A stretch of 63,687 nucleotides of DNA, counting the filler, from Pelomyxa schiedti (taxonomy: Eukaryota > Protista > Evosea), in assembly GCA_020536535.1 (NCBI GenBank). It is 18 parts of 18 records of this genome, joined end to end, with 100 filler letters (N's around TTAATTAATTAA, not from the genome) between each part and the next. Parts side by side here need not be neighbours in the genome. Positions count along the whole stretch, not along the records: positions 15,813 to 28,503 come from JAHLWZ010001207.1; positions 28,604 to 37,773 come from JAHLWZ010000653.1; 16 more parts are not named here. The stretch is one strand, 5' to 3'. Shown here one piece after another: positions 22,906-35,001 of the stretch. The stretch's first letter is position 1. Every line of letters begins with the position of its first letter. Under the pieces are notes generated by a model that was not told where the DNA came from, did no database searches, and saw only the letters and a list, made by a program, of their open reading frames with translations. A program made the translations under genes and the position numbers.

Positions 22906-24581
22906 TCAGAAGTTGAGGGAATAGAGCTTATAGGCCCTCTCCTGGAATATGTCAATAGAGGAACTGCTACCGGTGACAACAAATCCCTTTTGGTTGGTAA
23001 GTGCTTGGTAACTAGTGAAAGTGTAAAAAGGGCTTGCCTCATTGGGATGCTTGGTTATACTCCATATCGAGGGGGAACTTGTGACTACAGTGTGAGAAAT
23101 AGTTCCGTTCATTTTGATGTGGATGATTTGGGATTGATTGCATCCGCACAGGAGCTGCACCAAAATAAGTTTTGGTTGTTAAAATATGTTGTGGTTATGC
23201 AAGGAGAGTTGGGCTGATGTACCAGGAGCGGGTCTTTCAACCAACAAAATGTTTGCGGCGTGGCACTTATGCGAATCGTAGTCACTTGTGTAAGGGAAGG
23301 TAAGTGCCACAGTTGTATTGTCTTATCACTTCCACATGCCTAAGTTTTGAGAAGTTAAAGGGAAAACATCAGCAACTTAGGACTGACCATCCATGTTTCT
23401 GAAGGATCCACGGCTATGCAGCCAATCCAACATTGAGTGGGCGACAATGCACTGCTACTTATTGAGAGATATCTTATTGGCTTGCATGAATCAGGGTCTA
23501 GTGAAATAATAATGTAAGAATTTAGAAGTGTCTGTAGTTAAACGGGATACCGTAAATTCGTAACAGTCCATCCTCTGAGCCAGTCAAAATTTGTCCCGTG
23601 GAATTACAGAGGCAGATACAATAAACGGGATTAGGTGACGTGGTAGATGTCGATGCGAGTGGTGAAGAAGAATCCAATGAAGGTAGAGGAAACTGATTCA
23701 TAGTATTGATGAGTTCCAACGTGTCAGTGTCGAAGACACAGACTCTGCCATCACCGCATCCTGCAAAGAGTCTTCTCCGCTGAGAGAAATAATAATATGT
23801 CGACATAAATAATATGTAACTGAGCCATTTCCAAAGATGGATAGGAGAAAGTACGTTTATGTCTACAGCCAAAGCGTTCACTTCAGGGTGCAAATTACGT
23901 GGACTGCTTGTGATACCAGAGCTCCCAATTAAAGTAGCCAGGCAGGGAGGGGGGCTAATAGTACTTGTACCGCAGTCATCTTCTTGCGTGAGTTAGTATT
24001 AGCCTAATAACCTGGAAATTTTCTCCCCAGTTACCTATACTTCCCAAGAATTTTGACCAGTCCCAGAGCTTAACACCATCATCAGCTGCACTATATTAGG
24101 CATAAGACTACTCTCACAAGAATATTCACATGCGAAAGTAAATAGAATTGTTGGAATGACATCACAACCTCACGAGGAACCTGTCCTCCACAAAATCCAG
24201 AGCGTACACGTTGCCCACATGCCCCCGCCATCCCACAATTTCCCTCCCGCCGCCGCCCTCCTCCTGCTCCACATCCACATCCCGGTCGCCGCCGCGTCGA
24301 GACACACCGGTCGCTTGGGGCCACCCCCACGCCCAGGCCTTGATGAGGCCGCCGCCACCCCCGCACACCAGCACCACTCCCCCCGCTGTGCCCCCCCCGT
24401 TGTTGCTGCTGTTGCACAACAACCCGTCGGCGGAGGAGGACGAGGAGGAGCACGCGGGGCAGCGGGACCACGCCGACGCGAACACGATGCTGCTGCTGGT
24501 GTTGCTGGCATTATGTCCGTCGACCGTGTGGGTTTGGGAGCCGCGAAGGAATGTTGGGTTCGCGCAACACACACAGTCCAT
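22906..24581 (-). CDS. THOC6: THO complex subunit 6 (WD40 repeat protein), multi-exon
   Basis: GHVGNVYALDF, PEVNALAV, LFAGCGDG, ILTGSEDGLLRIY, WIGCIAVDPSETWM and the C-terminus GSSSSIDIFQERAYKLYSLNF* follow THOC6 motif order. Confidence 0.82.
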
Positions 24582-24889
24582 GAGGAGGAAAAAAAAATGT
24601 TGATTTCCGGGAACAAAGGTTAGTTAGGCCTAACAGTAGGGACAACTGTGGAGCGACAGACGACAGGTGACTACCCTCGTAGTTGGGCAGATGGTTCCCA
24701 CTGGGAAGAATCTTCCAAACTACCTCTTCTATGTGCGAAACTTGGGGCTCATGGAAGCTTATGGGAGTGCTCGGTTGACCGATGGGTCAGACGAAAGCTC
24801 AGTCTTCAATGTTCAGCTCGAGTCTGTTGGGAACATCTGATGAACAGGCATGGTTTTTTTTTTTTTTACGCCCTCGGTCTCTTTTTGTG

Positions 24890-26697
24890 TCACCACTTTG
24901 GTCTTGCGGAAGGCGATGGTAGATTGCGCTTTTGTTTGGTGCCTTTTGCGTTTGCAGGCCTCTTACCTGTGGGCTTCTTTCGGACGTCTTTGGACCTGGA
25001 TTTGGACTGAAGCTGCCGTGGCTTCTTGGCCATCACCTTGTCATATGTCTGGTTAATAAACTCGCGGGCGGTGTCATCTTGAAGAAGTTGTTCTGTGAGA
25101 AGTTTGCCCCTCATTCTCTTTGGTGCCGCGGAGAAGTGTTCAGAGGCATGTGGTACTACCGTTCCAAGCTGCGATGTGCTTAGTGAAAGAGGAAAGCAGA
25201 AATTTGTGGGAGATACCTCGAACTTCTTGGGAATAACAAACCGCTTGGGAACTGATGAGTGGGAGGCAGTGTCCTTTGATATGATTGATCTGATAATTGT
25301 TGGGTTGCAAAAAAGGAGTAGGACCCATTTACCGGTAAACACTGAGGAGCATCAAGTGCTTTTTCACATCTGAATTGACATGTTTCCTGTTATTCTTCTG
25401 CATGTTGCGTTAGGTAAGCGAAAAAAAAAAGTGTGGTGACGGACCTGCCTCTGTTCTAGTTTCCGTTTCATAAGAGACGGTGAAAGGGCTGGAGCCCGGG
25501 GCTTTCGTTCAGCACCTTTGAGAAGTCCTTTCCTAAGAAGATTTAAACTCAATAGCGCTAGCTAAGAACAAATACTTTCTGATAAGAGCTTCCACTTCTT
25601 TTTTTTCCTGCTGGGCAGAGAGCACACTCGGCACCAGGTCTTAGAGGAGTTGGAAAACAAAAAAAAAAGTTGTAATGCAGTATACCAAAACTGTTTGGCT
25701 CCGCACCTGTAAGGAATGGTAAGTTACATCTACGAAAAGGTAAAAACCTACTTGAAGTTGCTACAGGCTTCTTCAAAATGCTGTGGAGAGATGGGGGTAA
25801 CTCGGAGAGCCAATTTTCTCTGAAGAGCTTCGCCTCTGAAAGTGACAAAACTGGCGCAGCCGGCTGCCGAACCTCAGCAGCCTCCTCATCCCCGCTGTCA
25901 GTCTCATTCTCATCATCATTCTCCTTCTCATCCTCATCCTCAGCCCCACTCTGGTCCAGCTCAATCCCATCATCATCATCATCATCTTCTTCTTCTTCAT
26001 CTTCTTCTTCGCCCTTCTTTTCAGCATCATCATCACCACTGTGGTTCTCACCATCGTCGCCATCGTTGTCCGCAGCGCGAGGGGGATGGTTCCTCGCGCT
26101 CGCGGTGGCGGCGCCGCTGGTGCCGTACACGTCTGCGCGCCTGGCCACCCGCTCGGCCCTCGTGCGCTCCGCGGCCACCCGCACGCGCTTGGGCACGCTG
26201 AGCCCCAGGAACCCCTCGCCCCGCTCGCCGCGGCGCTCCTTGGCCCGCATCACCGCGTTCTCCTCGGGCGTCTTGACGTACGGCCTGGCCCGCGGCGCGT
26301 ACGTCCCCCGCGCCTCGTCGACGTCGTCGGCCGGGTCCAGATCCCCGGCGCCGGCCGCGGCCGCCGCCTCGCCGCCCCGCCCGATCGCGTCCGCGTCGTC
26401 GTACAGGAACGCGTCGTTCTTGGCGCCCTCGTCGTCGCTGTCGAAGTCGAGGAACGTGCGGCGGCGCTTGCGCACGCTGGTCGCCGGGGATACCGGCGTC
26501 CCATGATCGGGGTCTGAGGCGGAGGGCGTCGTGGCGTCTTCGGCTGCGGTGTCGGCAGACTTGGCGCCGCGACCTTTCACGCCCCAACCGACGTCTAGGG
26601 CGTCGTCTTCCTCGCCTTGGTCCATGCCCCGCAGGGGCGCGAACGTCGTCGCGTGACGGCGTGTGTATCGCCGCAGAGACTTGCTTACAACGGGCAT
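24890..26697 (-). CDS. FCF2: Fcf2-domain rRNA-processing protein (DNTTIP2/Fcf2-like) with a long acidic N-terminus, multi-exon
   Basis: DVKKHLMLLSVYR..IPKKFE|LGTVVPHASEHFS..RMRGKLLTEQLLQD resembles the Fcf2 consensus DLxLLxxR..PKxFQxGTxV..xFxS..KxLxxELLxD. It has a Lys-rich tail. Confidence 0.7.
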
Positions 26698-26852
26698 TTT
26701 GTTTAATTTATCTGTTACTGCAACTGCAGTTCAACAGGCCATTTTGGGAAAAAAAACAGTAGTACTCGAGGATGAGATAGAGAACACGGAACCCTCTCAA
26801 TCAATGATTTAATGTAAAATTAAGTTGGAAATTTGAACTTGAGTACAAAGCT

Positions 26853-28052
26853 TCAAGGGATGTAGGAGAGGAGACGATGGATAGTAACATTTATGTCACT
26901 CGGTGCAAACTGTAATGATAGAACCGCAGTCCCAGTAGTTGCATCTTCGATTGTGGCTCTGAATCTGCCTTCTTTGTGCCTGGAATTGTGTGTAGTAATC
27001 GCACATTTGTAAAGCTTGAAGAATAAACCCGACTCAGCAATCCACTGGTAAATTCCATCTTGCTGTTGCACAACATTTAGCGGTTTTCCAGCATCGTTGC
27101 AGTCCCATAACTCAATATGGACTTGGAGTGGCTTATTGCCGGCACTCGTGGATGAGACCAGGAAGATTCTACTGTCTTGTTGGGATATTGATGTACAAGC
27201 CAGCTCCCCCTGTGCAGAGAACAAAGGAGTTATGGCACCAGTGGTCTCTTCCACCATCATAACATACTCACAAAATCCCAAAATGAACACATTGTGACCA
27301 GTTTTCCTCCTCATACAGAGAACTGACAGTAACTCGGGATATTTCCTCGGAGTTACGAACTTTGTGGAGCTCATGATTGCCATTTCCTTTCTCAAAAGTG
27401 CCTGGATACTGATGACCTGAATTGTGAAGGACATGTTGGTGGCATTAGCTTCAGACAGGTAGACAGTGACAGCCTGCTCGGGATTTGAGCTGTTGAATCC
27501 AATCCAGCAAGGAGGTAGAACTTCAGATGAGCAAGGTATTCCTACGACTATTCCCATTGGTGTCTCACTCACCTTTGCTAGAGTCAGAACTAGGGGTGAC
27601 GATGAACTTGATCCACTAGCCATCAACCACCTATCATTGACGTCACACTGGCAAACAAGGAAGTTCCTTGTACCCAAACTGGTAAATTCACCAGTAACCA
27701 CGTTTTTGGCAGCGCTGCGGTCCCCATCAAAGAAGTAGGTCTCATCAAGCATGGGGTTTTCGCGCCTGTAGTTGCAAGTGACGTCACCAACAACGCCGAG
27801 CGTCAGAGCCGATACCCCAAACGACGTAATGTGGGTGCACTTGTAGATTCCCGTGGCTGGCCGGTGCACAGTGCAGAGCATCGCGTATCGCCGTCGAGAG
27901 GCCGTGGCGACGTCCCACAAGTGCTGAGCGAGAGACGAGTTGTGGCATAAGTGGCCAGCGGCGCTCTTTTGACCACATCGCTCGTGTCCCGATAGCAATA
28001 AGGCGCGGAACTGATCGGACACGCTAAGCAAAACCAGCACTTTCTCCATCAT
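26853..28052 (-). CDS. Expanded family 1 protein, intronless
   Basis: SVSDQFRALLLSGHERCGQKS, FGVSALTLGVV and LWDCN..KPL..AESGLFF..IEDATTG. Confidence 0.8.
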   Translation of the reverse strand: MMEKVLVLLSVSDQFRALLLSGHERCGQKSAAGHLCHNSSLAQHLWDVATASRRRYAMLCTVHRPATGIYKCTHITSFGVSALTLGVVGDVTCNYRRENPMLDETYFFDGDRSAAKNVVTGEFTSLGTRNFLVCQCDVNDRWLMASGSSSSSPLVLTLAKVSETPMGIVVGIPCSSEVLPPCWIGFNSSNPEQAVTVYLSEANATNMSFTIQVISIQALLRKEMAIMSSTKFVTPRKYPELLSVLCMRRKTGHNVFILGFCEYVMMVEETTGAITPLFSAQGELACTSISQQDSRIFLVSSTSAGNKPLQVHIELWDCNDAGKPLNVVQQQDGIYQWIAESGLFFKLYKCAITTHNSRHKEGRFRATIEDATTGTAVLSLQFAPSDINVTIHRLLSYIP

Positions 28053-28603
28053 TGTTTCTATAATTCGACTTACTTGGGGCTCAGAGGGGGGAACAGCCGA
28101 AGAACAGCTTCGACCTCGATGGTGGGCTCGAATCGCACCTTCGAAGTTTAAATTGGTACTTTTGGGGGTCAAATAACTCCAATTTCTTGGTTTTTGACAC
28201 AACGATGCGACAATTTCGATTTTTTGACACAGCGCTGTAGATTGTACCATTCTGCGAAATCTGTTACTAACATGTGGTCCGGAGCCAAGGTTTTAACGCT
28301 TTTGGGGTCGTTTTGGCTGAGGTGCTGTGGCAGTCTCCTTGGGAATGGGTGCCACTTGTGAAGCTGAAGGTCTGTGTTTGCATGGCTGTTGCTGAGGAAC
28401 AGCTTGTGCTTGCTTTTCTTTGATAGAAGCCACAGCTGTTTTTGTTGTTTCCATGTTTCCAGTTTTTGCATGTTAGCTTCTGTGGGAAGAGAATAAAGCC
28501 CCANNNNNNNNNNNNNNNNNNNNNNNNNNNNNNNNNNNNNNNNNNNNTTAATTAATTAANNNNNNNNNNNNNNNNNNNNNNNNNNNNNNNNNNNNNNNNN
28601 NNN

Positions 28604-28720
28604 TGGTACTGCGGCTGGTACTGCGGCTGGTACTGCGGCTGGTACTGCGGCTGGTACTGGGGCTGGTACTGCGGCTGGTACTGCGGCTGGTACTGCGGCT
28701 GGTACTGCGGCTGGTACTGC
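28604..28720. repeat. 12-bp coding minisatellite (GGTACTGCGGCT)n, about 9-10 units, encoding (QPQY)n on the minus strand
   Basis: Directly visible; it runs into the contig end. Confidence 0.95.
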
Positions 28721-28797
28721 GTGGGCTGTGGGAAAAAAACCGGGTGTGTGGTGTTGTCCCTAAGGAAACCAGTCCCGTGTCGCCTGCGACCTGGCAT
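28604..28797 (-). CDS. 5' end of a paralog or allele of the 3CxxC zinc-finger gene at 30531-31377
   Basis: MPGRRRHGTGFLRDNTTHPVFFPQPTQ is near-identical to MPGRRRYGTGFHRNTTTTHPVFFTQPTQ. The upstream sequence is also homologous. Confidence 0.75.
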
Positions 28798-29043
28798 CTA
28801 AATTACAAAGTTTGGTTTGTGCTGCGTCACGTGTTTCTGGCCATGAGATGTGTGGCACTTTTAGAAGAATCACTTGATGTGTACATCAATCCAAACCCGG
28901 CACAACAACCAACAACAACCAGTGTGCTGCAGCAAGTGCGCTCGTCAAACAGCTGATTAGTAAGATTTTTCTTATGGTATTATCACTGCATTCTTGCGGT
29001 TGATAAAATATTTATGTGCGTGTTTGTTTTTTGGCTCCTTTGG

Positions 29044-29799
29044 TTAACACAACCACAGGATCATTGATTGTAATATGACGAGTGCACAAGATATGTTGCA
29101 CACAACAGCAGATGCTGATACCCGTATCACAGTCCTCGGGGTTGTGGCCCTGGACCTTATCACAGGGAGCACGGTGCCGACTGAGATTATGGGAGCCACG
29201 GCTCCCCACGTGAGTGACATGACCGGGATGGCCATGGAACCCCGGTCGATGGCCACCATTGACAGGGCAATAGCAGCAGCGATCGATGCGAGTCCCCATT
29301 GTATGCAATAGCACCCCTTGTGTGTGAGTTTCTCGCTAGTGTCATCATCAATCTATAGGTGGTGGGAATTCGAATTCGCAGTTGGAATTGGCGTAATTGC
29401 GTGCTATACAGATAGGCAAATTTGAAGGGGTATGGAGATGTACATACTACAGGTAGGGGGATGTGAAGAGTTCCGGCGTGGAGCTTCCGGATGGATTGGA
29501 TGGAGAACCCCATGGCCGCACTACTGATGCACAGGTAGACTATTTGGGCGACAGTCCAAACTGGCCATGTAATTAGCCAGCACTTCCATCCACGCGATGC
29601 ACACCAGCTGGGTTCTGCTGAGTTTGGTGGAGACACTTGTAAAAGCAAAGATGTCACAAAACCGGCTGTGCACAGTGCACAGCCTAATAAACCGAACGGA
29701 ATCATAACTCCTGTTTTGAAAGTGAGAAAAGAGGTAAAGAAGACAGACCACATACGAATAGGTGTGGAAGATGGCAATAAAAATGGAGTTTTATGGTGA
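29044..29799 (-). CDS. 3' part of a multi-pass membrane protein (duplicate of 35002-35770)
   Basis: Near-identical to 34991-35770 apart from SNPs and a small indel; hydrophobic helices. Confidence 0.65.
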
Positions 29800-29899
29800 N
29801 NNNNNNNNNNNNNNNNNNNNNNNNNNNNNNNNNNNNNNNNNNNNNNNNNNNNNNNNNNNNNNNNNNNNNNNNNNNNNNNNNNNNNNNNNNNNNNNNNNN

Positions 29900-30458
29900 C
29901 AGTGTTGATCTGTCAGGGGACAGCCAATCCATGGTCATTCGCGGGTTGCGATTCAACTGTGCGCTACATTCCACATCACCAAATGCCAGCCGGGTCATGA
30001 TCCAATCACTCGAGCAGAGATTGGCACAAATGGAAGGGCAAATGCAAGCGCAGTTCTATGAAATGCAAAGACAAATCCAGCTGCTGTTGCTGCAGCAGGC
30101 AACCATAAACACCCGGAAAAGAGTGTATGACAGTGGGTGGATACAGTGCCCATCATTCAGCTACACGTCGCAGGTGGACAGCCCACACGGCCTCTCCATT
30201 CACCCAGACAACGCATTCGTTCTGACCGTGATGATGCGCGATGACGCCACAGGCAAGGTGTGGTTCCTGTGCGATGACGTGCACACGGCGGCATGTGGCT
30301 GGAGGTGCACTGTCACTGGGTATGACAACGCCAATGTGTGGTGCAAGGTAACTAATGACGGGTGCTCGTGGCCGCCTTGTTCCGCTGGGCCGGATTCCTG
30401 CTTTGGGTGGCAGTCAGCGCCACAATACAAAATCCGGTTTGTACTGAAGGAGCTGTGA
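29900..30458 (+). CDS. Hypothetical protein, 5'-truncated: coiled coil followed by a 'YDSGW..HGL' beta-rich domain
   Basis: Open from the gap to a stop at 30458: LEQRLAQMEGQMQAQ..LLLQQ, then VYDSGW..PHGL. Confidence 0.65.
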
Positions 30459-30530
30459 AAAACAAACAACGAAAAGAATAACTTTTTTTGGAAGGGTTCA
30501 AATGGAACAATAAAACTGTTGCTTGTAACA

Positions 30531-31377
30531 TCAGGACTTCCTCTCTCTACAGTACTCACAGTCAGGGCATTTGTGGGAAGAGGACATGTGGGACTGCATT
30601 TGGTTATTATCTGTTGGTGGGAGTTAGAGTAAAATCAAGGGAAAAATGTAGTGCTCACTGCGTGGTGGGGGTGCGGAAATGAGGATGCTTGTGATGAGAT
30701 ATTTGAGCCTCTCAATTTCGAGTTTGTATGGTTGTGGCAACTCCCAGTTTTGAGTGTTAACTCTCATGCAATTCAAACAGCGTTGCCTGCAGGGCATTAA
30801 GTAAAAGAGATTTGCCCTTCTCTTCCTGTGCCAGATATGGTGAGTTTTAATGGAATGAAATTGGCCGCATACATGAAAATGAATATGTGGGCCTCAGCAG
30901 ATGTCCATCTGTTCCTGCACAAACTGCATATAAATGCAGCTTTATACTCCTTTATCAGCTTGGCAGATCCATGGACTGCATTACTGGATGCCCTCCAGGT
31001 GCAGTGCGTTTCAATCTCCACATCCCACATAAGGTCGCCAAATATCTAGTTGCACATTAATGCTACATCAGAACCCGTCATTACCAAGGCAGGGAACCAA
31101 CCATAGCACCCCAGTCACCTGGTGAACGTGTGGGGCATGACGGCACTGGTGAACATGTGGGGTATGAGGGCACCGGAGAAAAATGCGGCTGTTGAGCGTA
31201 GCCAAGCAGCCAGGACTGAATAAGCTGCTGCTGATAGGGATCTGTGACTTGGTTGTACTGGGGCTGGGGCTGGGGCTGGGGCTGGTACTGGTGCTGTGTG
31301 GGCTGTGTGAAAAAAACCGGGTGTGTGGTTGTTGTGTTCCTATGGAAGCCAGTCCCATAGCGCCTGCGACCTGGCAT
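30531..31377 (-). CDS. 3CxxC-type zinc-binding protein (RTP/ZAR1-like), multi-exon
   Basis: AAFICSLCRNRWTS, RQRCLNC and H...CPDCEYC at the C-terminus match the F-x-C-x-x-C-x-x-x-W-x-S / Q-x-C-x-x-C / H-x4-C-x-x-C pattern of zf-3CxxC. Confidence 0.8.
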
Positions 31378-31609
31378 CTAGATTTCAATGTGTTTGTTGC
31401 GTGAAGTGAATACACAAAGTGTGGTTGGTTTGTGCTGTGCCACGTGTTTCTGGCCAGGAGATGTGTGGAACTTTTCGGAGAATCCCTTCCGGGCGAGACA
31501 ACAACAAAGGAACCAACCCAACAACTTGTAATCACACACCCACAAGGCATTTTACTTTTTTTTGGTGTTTCGGGTTTTTTCACACCTGTCTATTTGCTTT
31601 GTGCTATTT

Positions 31610-33367
31610 TTATTGGTGGCCTGAGAAACACTGTAGAGTGCGTTTTGACCAGTCTGTGCATAAGCCTCCCTGTGATTGTTGTTGTTGTTGTGATGGTGGG
31701 GTCTGAGGTGACGTGCAGTATTGTTCATCTGAGCAACCAACTACAAACCATTGGCTCGCCTGCTCACTGCAGTCTGATTGCATGGTTGGTGTTTCATAGG
31801 GAATTTGAAATAAATACCAGGATCTAGGGCTCCGCAGTTGCAATCACATGCGTCCTTTGTATTGTAGGTCGTGGGTTCGCATGTCCATGATGCTGGAACA
31901 TTGGATGTGATTTCCGGCTTGTGTTGTTGAATGTGAATTCAAATTAGCTTAGGTGTGACTATACCGGTGATGTACATCGGCCGGTTGGGGAGCATATTTC
32001 CGTTTCAGGACAATTGAATACTGCGGCAGAGGCCTCGTCACAATCTAATAAGTGTCAGACTACAAAAATTGCCGTCAACGAAGAAGTAAAACCCGGATCA
32101 AATGTGCCGCAGTTGCAATCACAACCGTCCCTTGTTCCATAGTATTCCTTAGCACATATCCATGATGCAGGAACTGAAGGCTGTGCAAAGGTGAGTTACA
32201 CGTTTCAGCACCCAATTACGGGATTAGCACATTCAGATCCACAACAATCCATGAGTTAGTACGGGTTCCAAAATAGACATAGGAGACGTTGACAGTGGCG
32301 GTCCCCGGCGGTAGAACAGTGGGTTGGCCACTTATCACACTACAGAATGAGAATTTACAGGAGAGCCGCGGGAAAACCTGTCCGCGGTATCGGCTTTTGA
32401 GTTGTCAAATTTAACAAGCCCATTGATAGAGATTTTTGCTCCTCCGGTGTAGTTCATCTTCCATTGAATAGAGCACCCTGTTGTGGCTGCTTGCATTGTC
32501 CAAGTTACAGAAAAGGCGCTTTCTCCAACCTTAGGAAATACGGGATGAATTGTGGTTCCCTTGGGCCAGTGGAAGTCAAGAGACGGAGAATATAACACCT
32601 TAAAAATGGTTCACTGAAAGTTGGGTTTTGTCTTCAGTTTACCATGTAAGGGAAGCCGCTCCATTCCCGATTTAAGTAGTACGACCCTTTCCAGCCGAAA
32701 GCGTTATGTGTGGTTATCGATCCAGACAGCCAAGTCCCAGGAACTAGAGCGACTCCTGGAGCACCTTTCAAATTCCCCGTCATATCTATTCATCTCTTAC
32801 AAGGGATATTGGAGAAAGTCGTTAGCATACAGTTTGGAAGCCAAGGGACCCAGCAGCCATTTGAGTTAGTGGTATATCCAAGTTCTTCCGCCCCGTGAAG
32901 AGTTTCCATCCACACATTGTTATTTTTGGAGGTATCCTTCCAAGAAAATTTCATACCTTGCAAGGTGAAGTCATACAGAAAGTCCGATAGAAGTAAAAAA
33001 AAAAAAAAAAAAAAGAGCAACATATGTGGGTACACAAGGGCCAACATTTTCCAGGGATCAGCCGTTTGAGGAGGATCATCACCAACCGGGGAAGTGGCTT
33101 CCGTTTGGGGTGATGATGTTGATGTAGATACTAGTGATGGCGAGGCTACATAACTGGCAGTGGATCCGAGTACATCCCCACTTACTGTTGAGTTGGTCCC
33201 ACTGTGCACAATGTGGTACACAACCGCTCCCTGTGGTGTACTGTGATTATGGGTGGCGAAAACCCGGGCGGCATCGGCAGGCGCACCTCTACCGTCCCGT
33301 AGTAACCGTGAAAAGAGGACCCCGCCAGCACAACAACAACAACAACCGACGTGGCCACCAATTCCAT
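31610..33367 (-). CDS. Secreted protein with a PA14-like domain and two 'W-x-C..Y...D-x-CDCNCG..DP' repeats, multi-exon
   Basis: Signal-like MELVATSVVVVVVLAG. PA14-like GLKGSYYLNREWSG..SLDFHW..FSVTWT..GGAKISING. Repeats VPASWICAKEYYGTRDGCDCNCGTFDP and VPASWTCEPTTYNTKDACDCNCGALDP. The 5' exon structure is uncertain. Confidence 0.7.
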
Positions 33368-33534
33368 GTCAACAATTGCCCAATTGCCCAATTGCCCACA
33401 ACACCCCGTCGCCGTCGTATACAATCCCTTCATCCCTCGAAACTAGTCACCCTGGGAAGAATTCGTACAAATTGACACTGGAACCTCCCCGAATCGAGTT
33501 GAGTATACGAAGTGGGCGCCACCAATTGGTCAGA

Positions 33535-33616
33535 TGGCGGAATAAAAAAAACAGACCGCCGATCCTGAGCGACGATAACGAAAATTACAGCGTTCCGTTG
33601 AGTATTTTAGTCAGCC
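33535..33616. repeat. Degenerate copy of the palindromic element at 63572-63647
   Basis: Shares GAATAAAAA..CAGACCGCCGATCCTGAGCG..TTCCG..TATTTTA(G/T)TCAGCC, with a 21-bp insertion. Confidence 0.75.
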
Positions 33617-34360
33617 TGATGGTTGTGTTTCGGGGAACTGATGGAGGGAATCCTTGCTGGCATGGATGAAGGGTTTTTACTACATCAATCCTCCACAAGT
33701 CCGTGCCAGGCATCGTATGATGCCAAAAAAATGCCACCCACTCAACAAGTTTGAAGAACCACTGATTTCTTTTTACTTCCTTGTCTGGTGTTTGTTGGCC
33801 AGACATCCATCAGAATTAAGAACCAACCCCACTGCCATTGCTTACAGAACACACAAACAGAAGAAGAATGTGGTGTGGGCTGGGGATGTTGGAATGAGGG
33901 ATCCCTGCTGTAATCTTTTTGTGAGTTGGGCTATCTTGAAACTGAAACATAACCACAACGCTGTGTGTCGTTCTATGGTGATTTCCCTCCCGTATTCTGT
34001 GTCTATTATGGAAAGTGGCCTATTGTTGAATTTTCTCGGCTCTACATGCTCAGATCGGAATCGGATTGACACGTGTTAACAACTCAGCGGTATCTGGAAA
34101 ATTGTGGTGAGTGGATGATATACCCGGCAAGGTTTTTGAGTAAAGTCAAGCTTCACAAGTTACAAGTCAAGTAATCGAGTAGTTTCAATTTCATTTATGC
34201 CGCGAGCACTTGTTTCGACGAGAAAAGAAGGTGAAAGCAAGAAAACAAACCAAGCTTGCTCAAAAAGTAGTTGCAAGTCTCAATTCTGCGTCGTGAGAGA
34301 GAGTATGTAAGGAAAAAAATGTAAAAAAAAAATACCTTGAACCGTCAGTACTGCAGTCGT

Positions 34361-34552
<192 letters not shown>

Positions 34553-35001
34553 GGTTTTTTTTTTATTTTTGATTTTAACCAAGAACAAAAATACCAAGCA
34601 TAAGGCGGCGGACCCATAATGGGGAGGCAAGTGAAGCCCCAGGCTCCAGGCCCGACCATTCCGAATGCCGGTGCGGTTTTTGTGTGATGGCCGTATAAAA
34701 GTGAGAATAACAATACGGGGCTCGACGAGGGTCCCCGCGTGCGACGGGTTCCCAGGCGTTTTTTGTTCTCAAGAAGAAGACAAATCTGTGACCTATGGCG
34801 CCCAGATCCAATTGTTCTGCCTTTTGAATCTTGGACTGACTGAAATCACTCAGAAAATACACATCCCACATCCCTCAGAGCTGAAAACCCTGGCCTGCTC
34901 ATGAGATGGTTGTCAACCGAACCCTCTGAGTGAGCTAGATCTGCCTTCCACGAAAGTGAGAATGTTTTTTCACAAAAAACACTTTACTTTGCTCCTTGTG
35001 G

